A model generated the notes under the pieces. It saw nothing but the letters and a program-made list of their open reading frames with translations, searched no databases and was not told the DNA's origin. Of a DNA stretch of 51,146 nucleotides, positions 1-7,097 are shown piece after piece. This DNA is from Candidatus Micrarchaeota archaeon (GTDB lineage: Archaea; Micrarchaeota; Micrarchaeia; Anstonellales; Bilamarchaeaceae), in NCBI GenBank assembly GCA_030613375.1, contig JAUWMC010000002.1, positions 1 to 51,146 on the forward strand, in the 5' to 3' direction. Made by a program: the position numbers and the translations under genes. How positions within the stretch are numbered: position 1 is the first letter of the stretch; the number at the start of each line of letters is the position of its first letter.

Positions 1-103
1 TTATCTTTTCATTCTCTTCTGAACTATTTTTTTCTTTACTGTTTGAATCACTCTTTCCACCTTCGATGAATTAGAATATAAAAATTAAAAATCGAAGAGG
101 GTT

Positions 104-757
104 CTATGGGGAACCTGCCCACTTTATGTTAAAAGAACCAAGCTCGGGTCCGGTTTTTGCCCCAAAAAGCTTGAGCTGAACTATGAATTTGTCTGCGGTT
201 ATTGCAGCGTACCTTGATGAAACCAGCTTGTTTACAAATGGGGCAATCTCACCTATATCGAATTTGTTCGCAATTACAGGAAGCGGAAGTTTGTCTAGAA
301 GTTGGTAATTAGATGCCCTGCACTTGAAAAGCCAATCCATCCAAATCATCAATGAAGGGGAATCTGAAGCTGAGCCAAACACCTGCCCGACTTTTTTCTC
401 TCCCATAAATATGCCCTTGCTGTCTGCACAAAAAGGGAGGGTTTCTGATTCAGGCTGGATTAGGCGTATTATATCAAAGAGCACATCCGCCTTGTGGTCA
501 ACGCCTTTATCTTTAAGGTTCAAACTTAGGTGGTCCACAGGCTTTGTCTGGTGCACAGGGGATTTCCTTGCCCGAACCAAAGAACCGACATTGATTAGTT
601 TGGGCTCGGAAAGAGGCCTCACTGTCCCGAAGCTGGGCATATCGCTCTCCTTTATGGGGCGCTTTGCAAGCACATTTATTGCAGGGGCTGATCCTTTAGC
701 AGATATTCTAGCGATAACTCTTTCTTTCCCTGGCACCATTGGGAAAATTTGGTGCAT
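104..757 (-). CDS. hypothetical protein; C-terminal half looks paralogous to the C-terminal domain of the 1059..1808 product
   Basis: 217-aa ORF. It shares the block G-x-V..S-[LF]-x-IWM-x-x-L-x-F with the neighbour (SLMIWMDWLF vs SFRIWMHNLGF). The reading frame stays open upstream to 802. Confidence 0.5.
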   Translation of the reverse strand: MHQIFPMVPGKERVIARISAKGSAPAINVLAKRPIKESDMPSFGTVRPLSEPKLINVGSLVRARKSPVHQTKPVDHLSLNLKDKGVDHKADVLFDIIRLIQPESETLPFCADSKGIFMGEKKVGQVFGSASDSPSLMIWMDWLFKCRASNYQLLDKLPLPVIANKFDIGEIAPFVNKLVSSRYAAITADKFIVQLKLFGAKTGPELGSFNIKWAGSP

Positions 758-774
758 ATAAGCATAAAAAACCT

Positions 775-996
775 TCAGCCTCTTCCTCCAGATCGGAAAA
801 CCCTAGTGGGGTGCGCTGTGCGGTCCCCATAGAAACGAAGTACTGTAATTTCTGGATCCGCAACCAAAGCAGCAAATTTGTTTTCTGCAATTGTTGAGGC
901 GAGTAATCCATAAGGAATCTCAAATGCATCAACCAGTGCGGAAAGAGCGCGGATTGAGCGGGAGTTATGAATATTTTTGAATGTTGAGGTTTCCAC
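775..996 (-). CDS. small hypothetical protein (73 aa), possibly the detached N-terminal part of the 104..757 gene
   Basis: ORF with protein-like composition. It overlaps the open upstream extension (to 802) of the next ORF in another frame. Confidence 0.3.
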   Translation of the reverse strand: METSTFKNIHNSRSIRALSALVDAFEIPYGLLASTIAENKFAALVADPEITVLRFYGDRTAHPTRVFRSGGRG

Positions 997-1058
997 TCTT
1001 TGCTGGCCATGGGGTCAGGGATTTGGGAATAATATATAAAAAGATTTGCTTGTTTCCA

Positions 1059-1808
1059 CTAATCTCTGGTTAATGCGCGCAAGGGGACGGAAAGAAAAGA
1101 TGAAGGTTTTTCTTCACGGTGAAAACAAATTTTTACCGTGGTTCTATTCCCCATCGATTCTGCATAAAGGGAAACATAATTTGCTTTTGCTTTTGCATCC
1201 GCATAGAAAAAGTCTGCGATGTTGAAAAGCCCGAATATTGTAGACGCGGGAAGGGAATCCGTAGTAAAGCCGAGGTTGTGCATCCATATGCGAAAAGAAA
1301 CGCCTACTGCAGTTTTTTCAACCGTGCCAATCTCCTTTGAATCCAAAAGAATTTTCTTTTCCGTGAATTCAAGAGTCTTTCCATCTGCTTTTGGGTAAAG
1401 CCTTTTGAGCACTCTGGAAACGTTTCTTATGAGCGGCAGGAAGCCTTCCGGATTTTTTTCGGTTTCTATTGGAGAAGCAGGGAGTTCAGAAACAGGGTCG
1501 TCAAAATCCACCATTATAGAAATGGGCTCGCTTTGAGGCCCATTTATTTCAGCATCCACATCTATCTCCAGTGACATTCTTCCGGAAGGAGGCTCGGAAT
1601 CAGGTTTTGCCCTGAAGAATTGCTGAATTTCCCTGCCATCGGAATCCCTCTTTGGGGGAGTAATGCTCTTTTTTCCTGGAACGGGTGGGGGCGCTTTAAC
1701 CTGGGGCGCAGACGGGCGTTTTTGAGTTACAACTCTTCCTGTGGGTTCCCTTACAGGGCGCTGCGGCTTTACGGGAGCTATGGGTCCACCTCCATTGCCC
1801 TTTTTCAT
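1059..1808 (-). CDS. hypothetical protein with a Pro/Lys-rich N-terminal low-complexity region and a globular C-terminal domain
   Basis: 249-aa ORF. N-terminus reads PIAPVKPQRPVREP..APPPVPGKK. A TATA-like box (minus sense TTTTTTAAAC, 1831-1840) lies about 27 nt upstream of the ATG at 1808. Confidence 0.6.
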   Translation of the reverse strand: MKKGNGGGPIAPVKPQRPVREPTGRVVTQKRPSAPQVKAPPPVPGKKSITPPKRDSDGREIQQFFRAKPDSEPPSGRMSLEIDVDAEINGPQSEPISIMVDFDDPVSELPASPIETEKNPEGFLPLIRNVSRVLKRLYPKADGKTLEFTEKKILLDSKEIGTVEKTAVGVSFRIWMHNLGFTTDSLPASTIFGLFNIADFFYADAKAKANYVSLYAESMGNRTTVKICFHREEKPSSFLSVPLRALTRD

Positions 1809-1856
1809 GGAGTTAATTAGGTGGGAAAATGTTTAAAAAATGGAAGTTGTGGGACA

Positions 1857-2609
1857 TTACTGCACAAGCGTGCTTAATGTCTTCTCTCCCTTGAGAAGCG
1901 CTTCTATCCTTTCAGGGTACAGTGCATTAGCTATATATGAAGGCTTTCCAAGCCCAAGAAGCTCCTTTATCTTGCCTTTCATGCCCCCTGTTACATCTGC
2001 ATGCTCCGCATCCGTAAAATGGGCTGAAACCTCCTCAAAATTGCTCTGGTGGATTTCAGGAACTAATTCCCCATCTGCAAGAACTCCATCTACATTTGTT
2101 CCAAGTATTGTGCGGTTTGCATCTTTTCCAAACCAGGAAACCAATTGATCTCCGGAGCATACTGCACAGCCTAATTCGGAATCAGGAAGCATATCTCCGT
2201 GCAATACCGGCATATACCCGAGTTCTAAGAGCATATCAATTGGCTTTCTATTAAATTCACTAATTCGCTTGTTTTTGAGTTTTCCGAGGAATGCGGGGGG
2301 AATTGAAACTGCCGGAACCCCATTTTTGTTTAGTGCATCTACAAACATTGTAGAGAGACGAACGCATGCGGAATGGGTTTCTGCTGCGCCTCTTTTTTGC
2401 TCATCGGTTTTTACCCCATTATCCAGATTATATTTGACTACGAGAGGGTGGCCGAAAGAACCTGCTCCATGGATTAGAATAATGTCGCGGATTCCATCTT
2501 TCCAGCCCTTTCCAAGCATTTCTGCAATCATATCAATATTTTTCTGGTCTTCTTCAAGGTATCCGCTTTTTTTCGTGAGGACGCTTCCGCCCAGCTTGAG
2601 AACCTGCAT
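1857..2609 (-). CDS. ipk: isopentenyl phosphate kinase (amino acid kinase family)
   Basis: N-terminus is MQVLKLGGSVLTKK, followed by ILIHGAGSFGHP, typical of archaeal IPK. Length is 250 aa. A TATA-like ATTTAAAT lies about 25-30 nt upstream. Confidence 0.88.
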   Translation of the reverse strand: MQVLKLGGSVLTKKSGYLEEDQKNIDMIAEMLGKGWKDGIRDIILIHGAGSFGHPLVVKYNLDNGVKTDEQKRGAAETHSACVRLSTMFVDALNKNGVPAVSIPPAFLGKLKNKRISEFNRKPIDMLLELGYMPVLHGDMLPDSELGCAVCSGDQLVSWFGKDANRTILGTNVDGVLADGELVPEIHQSNFEEVSAHFTDAEHADVTGGMKGKIKELLGLGKPSYIANALYPERIEALLKGEKTLSTLVQ

Positions 2610-2652
2610 GGGTGCATTAAGGAGGAGGGCTATTTAAATTTGGGTGGGTAAT

Positions 2653-2680
2653 TGTGGTTTTATAGATGTTTTGGTGGGAA
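2653..2680 (+). repeat. copy A of a ~28-nt direct repeat (TGTGGTTTTATAGATGTTTTGGTGGGAA)
   Basis: The sequence was read directly. It contains a TTTATA box and the ATG at 2666. Confidence 0.55.
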
Positions 2681-3544
2681 ATACTCAACCAATATATGTA
2701 TTCAGAGAGAGAAATTAAAAGAAGTGTGAAAATGGGCAGGGAAAGGTTCGAAAGGCTGTTGGAAACCAGCTTGACATTAGACCATATTGAAAGGTATTGC
2801 TCTAAGCCAAAAGTGGTAGACACAAACGAACTTTTGAGGGTTGCTTTTGATGCGGTGAATAACCTTGCCCTGCCGATACATGGAAAACTGATTGAGGAGC
2901 TTGGAAAAAGAATGCTTGAAGGTATGATGAATGGGGATACTGTAGAAGCGCTTCTTGCATTGGGCCTGCTTGCTGAAGTTGATGAAAAATCTGTAAGGGA
3001 ACCTGCAAAACGAATTCTCAAGGCATACTACTCAAAGGAATTCACAGGAAAACTGAAAACCCTTAGTGCAAAAAGCTTAGTAAACCTGCTTGAGCTTGGG
3101 CAGGATTTGCATAGCCCCTCACAGTTCGCCATCATCATGGACCATATAGGAAAAATGGCATTCATAGAAGATTTTGGCGATGAGCAAAAAATAAGGATTG
3201 CGAAAGTTGCAGTTAAGCTCCTCTGCCATGAACAGCAGAATGTGGTTTTTGAAGCTGCATTTGTATTGAAAGAGCTCAGAGAACCGAGCAGCTATCCTCC
3301 AATACTCAAGAAACTGATGGACAAGAATTCCAGAATGGAAAATGATGTTCGCAGGATGCTGAGGGCTGCTGCGGAAAATATTGCAATGAAAGTTACCGGG
3401 GATATCTACAACCTGACTTCATCTTATAGAAAGGGGGGGTGGAATCTGAGGGTTTTTGAGAGGATGCGGAAGCACGGCAGGATGCTCAGGGAACTGGAGG
3501 CGGGTTCGGAGCCCAAACTTAGATTGGTGAAACAGAAGAGGTAA
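2666..3544 (+). CDS. alpha-helical repeat (HEAT/ARM-like) protein, function unknown
   Basis: 292-aa helical ORF. Alternative in-frame starts exist at 2696 and 2732. The first 15 nt lie inside a 28-nt motif that recurs just after the stop codon. Confidence 0.6.
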   Translation: MFWWEILNQYMYSEREIKRSVKMGRERFERLLETSLTLDHIERYCSKPKVVDTNELLRVAFDAVNNLALPIHGKLIEELGKRMLEGMMNGDTVEALLALGLLAEVDEKSVREPAKRILKAYYSKEFTGKLKTLSAKSLVNLLELGQDLHSPSQFAIIMDHIGKMAFIEDFGDEQKIRIAKVAVKLLCHEQQNVVFEAAFVLKELREPSSYPPILKKLMDKNSRMENDVRRMLRAAAENIAMKVTGDIYNLTSSYRKGGWNLRVFERMRKHGRMLRELEAGSEPKLRLVKQKR

Positions 3545-3545
3545 G

Positions 3546-3574
3546 TGTGGTTTTATAAAGATTTTGGTGGAAGA
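3546..3574 (+). repeat. copy B of the direct repeat (TGTGGTTTTATAAAGATTTTGGTGGAAGA)
   Basis: It starts 2 nt after the stop of the 2666..3544 gene. It matches copy A apart from a few substitutions and small indels after the TATA box, and the ATG is lost. Confidence 0.55.
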
Positions 3575-3910
3575 ATTTAAAACCCAAAAAATTTGAATAA
3601 TTAGAAATATTTAGAGGTATTGATAAATGAGCAAATTCAGATGCGTATGGCGGAACAGCAGCACAGAGCCTACTTCCATGAAGGGAGAAATGCCTTCAGC
3701 CTGCAAACTGAAGGGTTGCGCGGGCACATTTGAAAAGAAACCTGGATGCAGAACGTTTATGCAGGATGCACTTCCCCCTGAGCCCATAATGACTAGTTTT
3801 GAGTGGGGAAAGATTACGCTTCTTGAAGAGAGATTCAAGAAGAGAGCGCATTTTGGAATCTTAACTGCATGCAAAATGTATCCGACCCGTGCAGTAGCGC
3901 GGGTATAGCC

Positions 3911-3923
3911 TATTTTAAAGCGT
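3911..3923 (+). promoter_or_regulatory. TATA-containing promoter block TATTTTAAAGCGT upstream of ubiX
   Basis: The block starts 32 nt upstream of ATG 3943. An identical 13-mer occurs at 7068..7080. Confidence 0.5.
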
Positions 3924-3942
3924 AATACTTCTGAATTGGAAT

Positions 3943-4476
3943 ATGCGCATCGTTTTGGCAATAACCGGAGCCTCTGGGTTACAGTATGGAGTGAGATTGC
4001 ACGAAGTGCTGAAAGAGCTCGGGCACGAAGTGTGGATTATTCATGGCTCCGGAACAAAAATGGTTGCTGATGCGGAAGGAGTAGAGGTACCTGAAGCGGA
4101 TTTTGGGGAAAATGAAATGGGTGCACCTCCGGCTTCGGGCTCGCACCCTGTAGATGGAATGATTGTTGCGCCTTGTTCTTTGAAAACTTTAGGAGAAATT
4201 GCAAACGGAATTGGCTCGAATCTGGTTTCAAGAAGTGCGGAAGTAATGATTAAGGAAAGGAGGAAACTTGTTTTAGTAGTGCGGGAAACGCCTCTTTCAT
4301 ATATCGCGATTAAGAATATGGAAACAGTTACGCTTGCAGGAGGAGTGATTCTTCCCGCGTGCCCGGGATTCTATTCAAAACCCCAAACTGTGCAGGAAAT
4401 AATTGATTTTGTTTGCGGAAAAACTTTAGATCAATTTGGAATTGAGCATAAGTTGTACAAAAGATGGAAAGAATAG
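3943..4476 (+). CDS. ubiX: flavin prenyltransferase UbiX (prenyl-FMN synthase)
   Basis: Starts MRIVLAITGASG and contains MIVAPCSLKTLGEIANGIGSNLVSR and LVLVVRETPLS, the classic UbiX/Pad1 pattern. Length is 177 aa. Confidence 0.9.
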   Translation: MRIVLAITGASGLQYGVRLHEVLKELGHEVWIIHGSGTKMVADAEGVEVPEADFGENEMGAPPASGSHPVDGMIVAPCSLKTLGEIANGIGSNLVSRSAEVMIKERRKLVLVVRETPLSYIAIKNMETVTLAGGVILPACPGFYSKPQTVQEIIDFVCGKTLDQFGIEHKLYKRWKE

Positions 4477-4478
4477 GC

Positions 4479-5570
4479 TCAGAATGAGGGCGGAGCCATT
4501 TCAAAGGATTGCTCAAAATCTGAGTGCGAAGCAGCTTCTATCTCATGGACATCTACTGCCTTCTTCACAACCTCTGTTGAACGCTTGAGAGTCTGGCTTG
4601 CAGCCATTCCCTTCTCCACATTTGCCGTTGTTGCTGCTGCCTGCTCCAGCGCCTTTGCCCCCTTTGCGGTAGCAGTAAGGCCCATTGCTGCAGATCCCGC
4701 GAATGTTGTTTCTGCACCAGCAACACCCATCTCAAAACTTACTTCCGCACCTGCAGTGGCAAGCCTGCCTGCACTGGAGGTTGCTGCATAAAATGAGTGA
4801 AGCCCCTTTGCTCCGAGCTCGATTGCTTTTGCTGCCGCAATGGAGCCTGCAACTGCAAGTGCCATCTCCACAGTCATTTTCTTCACTCTAGTCTGTATTG
4901 CAGTCATGGAATTGGTGTATGCATTAAGTATGTAAAGTGAAGAATTAAGTCCCCTGCTTGCTTTTTTGAGGCTTTTGAGTGCCCCGGTAAGCTCAGTAGC
5001 TTTTTGCTCTGCAACTGATTCCTTCCCCTCAAGCACTGCACCAGCCAAGTCATTTGCAACGAAATATGCTTTGGAGTATTCTTCCCGGAAAACCTGCATT
5101 GTGCCCTTTTTTTGTTCAGGGGTTTTTCCCTGCGGGTCACCAACCACGGATTTGTGCGCATCGTCCATCCCCTCAAAAAAATCCTGGCGCTCCTTGGTAA
5201 GTGTTACGATAACTTCTTTTGGAGTTGCAATATTATCGGAAAAGATTGAGCCTACGGAACCAACTATGCCGAATATCTGGGCAGCACCCGTGCCCGCATA
5301 AACTATTGCTTTGTCCCCCAAATCCGGCATCTTATCCATTGCGGAGGAGAATTGCTTTTCAATGCTGTTATAACCCTGTCTGAGGCTCTGGAGGGAGCCC
5401 AGCATATCCTCCATTGCAGGAAGATATTGCTGTGCAAAATCTCTTGCCTGCTCAACCTTAGGCGCGCTTACGAAATCCCCCCGGAATTCGTTGCGCACAA
5501 GCGCATGCATCGCCTGCACAGTCTGGTCAAGCTTTTTTTCCTGCTTGGAAATTGGTGCCTTATATGCCAT
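4479..5570 (-). CDS. hypothetical helical protein with Gly/Ala-rich hydrophobic segments
   Basis: 363-aa ORF. It has two hydrophobic G/A/S/T-rich stretches (AIVYAGTGAAQIFGIVGSVGSIFS and MALAVAGSIAAAKAIELGAKG...GVAGAETTFAGSAAMGLTATA) between charged helices. Its start is 7 nt downstream of the lipoprotein gene. Confidence 0.65.
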   Translation of the reverse strand: MAYKAPISKQEKKLDQTVQAMHALVRNEFRGDFVSAPKVEQARDFAQQYLPAMEDMLGSLQSLRQGYNSIEKQFSSAMDKMPDLGDKAIVYAGTGAAQIFGIVGSVGSIFSDNIATPKEVIVTLTKERQDFFEGMDDAHKSVVGDPQGKTPEQKKGTMQVFREEYSKAYFVANDLAGAVLEGKESVAEQKATELTGALKSLKKASRGLNSSLYILNAYTNSMTAIQTRVKKMTVEMALAVAGSIAAAKAIELGAKGLHSFYAATSSAGRLATAGAEVSFEMGVAGAETTFAGSAAMGLTATAKGAKALEQAAATTANVEKGMAASQTLKRSTEVVKKAVDVHEIEAASHSDFEQSFEMAPPSF

Positions 5571-5577
5571 AAGAACA

Positions 5578-6498
5578 CTACTCCATCCTTTTCTTCAGCT
5601 CATCCTTTGTTTCCTGGGGGATGCGGGTACTCTTCAGTACAGAGTTTGCTGCAGCCCTTGCCTGGTTCTTGGTTTCTATGCTTAGGGCAGGATCCTTAAT
5701 CAGTTCTGCAAACGCAAGCGGATCGACTATTTTTACCAGATTAAGGAGGGCAGATTTTGTAGGTGCGGAAATTCCTTCTGTTTTGAGTGCTTTGGTAATA
5801 TCTTCAATTGCTTTTGCCACATCAAGCTTTCCGCTTTTCACCATGGAGATGCAGACCATGTTTGCAAATGGGCCGGAGAGTGAAATGTCCCTTGTGGAAA
5901 GGCCCGGAAAATTGAAATTGTCCCTTGCCGCATCCATGTTTGCAACCATGCTGAGTGCTGCGCGAAAACCCGCATGCCCGGATTTTGCAACTCCGTATGC
6001 AAGAGACTGCATAAGGCTGAGGCGTTCGGGCTCCTTTTTCTTGAGGTCAGATATGCTCATTGAAAAATCAGTGGAGAATGTGCTGGCTGCATGGGTAAGC
6101 AGTTCATCAAGCGCAGGGTTTCCGGTCCCGTAGGTGAAATCTGATTCTGTTTCCGCATACTTGAACACGAATGCATTTACCACATTGTATTTGTCTTCTA
6201 CAGGAACATCGCTTTTCAGAAAATTGAATACAAGGGATGAAGAGCTTACGAGCTCCATGTCCCGGATTGCATTCAGAACTTCCTTTTGCTCAACTTTCGC
6301 CTTCCCAAGCGTAATTGATGGTGCAACTCCCTCTGCAATAGGGGCAGCGTTTTCTCCTTTCTTTACCTCTTTTACCTCAGCCATGTTTCCACATCCTACA
6401 AAAGCAAGCGAAAGTAAGGGAGGCACCAGCGTGAATTTAAGGGCTGTGGCCACCCGGGGGAACTTTTGCGCTTTCCCCGCTTTCAGTTGCTTTTTCAT
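5578..6498 (-). CDS. putative lipoprotein, function unknown
   Basis: 306-aa ORF. The N-terminal signal carries a lipobox (LLSLAFVGC-GN). Confidence 0.65.
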   Translation of the reverse strand: MKKQLKAGKAQKFPRVATALKFTLVPPLLSLAFVGCGNMAEVKEVKKGENAAPIAEGVAPSITLGKAKVEQKEVLNAIRDMELVSSSSLVFNFLKSDVPVEDKYNVVNAFVFKYAETESDFTYGTGNPALDELLTHAASTFSTDFSMSISDLKKKEPERLSLMQSLAYGVAKSGHAGFRAALSMVANMDAARDNFNFPGLSTRDISLSGPFANMVCISMVKSGKLDVAKAIEDITKALKTEGISAPTKSALLNLVKIVDPLAFAELIKDPALSIETKNQARAAANSVLKSTRIPQETKDELKKRME

Positions 6499-6553
6499 AG
6501 AATTAAATTATTGGGAAGAATAAAATTAAAAGGATAGGGCTGAAGTAGGGTCC

Positions 6554-7063
6554 ATGGCGTACCTGAAGAAGCTTGAGCAGTTTCTGAAAGAGAAACAGCA
6601 TGCTGAGCTTCAAAAATTCTGCAGGGAAAAGCTCCAATTTACCCCTGAGGATACGGATTTGCTTTTCTATTATGCAGTTTCCCTTGAGATGCTTGGGAGA
6701 TATGATGCTTCAAGGAATACTTTTGAAAAACTCTTTAGGATTACAAAGGATAAAATTTTCAGGATATGTGAAGCGATCCCGGAATTTATGAAGGGAGATA
6801 AAGAGAAAGCGGTTTCTATTCTCAAGTATGCTACCCGCAAGGATGATAATCCTGAACACCTTCTCTTTGCATTTCGGGTTGCGATAGATGGGGGGGAAGG
6901 AAGGATTGCATCCGAAGCACTCAAGAAAGCCTTTTCTTTGGACCCGAATAAAACAATTGTTCTGCTGCAGGAGTATTTTGAAGGGCTGCATGAAAAGAGG
7001 CCGGAAAGGGTACTGCTTTTTGTTTCTCTGCTTGAGCTCCTGAAGGAAGTTGAAAACACATAA
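6554..7063 (+). CDS. TPR-like repeat protein
   Basis: 169-aa helical ORF with TPR-like A/Y/L spacing (LLFYYAVSLEMLGRYDASRNTFEKL). Confidence 0.55.
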   Translation: MAYLKKLEQFLKEKQHAELQKFCREKLQFTPEDTDLLFYYAVSLEMLGRYDASRNTFEKLFRITKDKIFRICEAIPEFMKGDKEKAVSILKYATRKDDNPEHLLFAFRVAIDGGEGRIASEALKKAFSLDPNKTIVLLQEYFEGLHEKRPERVLLFVSLLELLKEVENT

Positions 7064-7067
7064 TCAT

Positions 7068-7080
7068 TATTTTAAAGCGT
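7068..7080 (+). promoter_or_regulatory. TATA-containing promoter block TATTTTAAAGCGT upstream of the UbiD-like decarboxylase gene
   Basis: The block starts 30 nt upstream of ATG 7098. An identical 13-mer occurs at 3911..3923. Confidence 0.5.
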
Positions 7081-7097
7081 TGTGCAGAGATAAATGC

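Noticed and set aside
3611-3961. The 93-aa (plus strand) and 116-aa (minus strand) ORFs in the ubiX upstream gap
   Set aside because: Their Cys/Arg/Pro-rich composition is atypical for this proteome. They mutually overlap, and neither has a suitably placed TATA box or SD. The region is treated as non-coding and a possible structured RNA. I also could not match SRP RNA or RNase P RNA consensus elements, so no specific RNA family is claimed.
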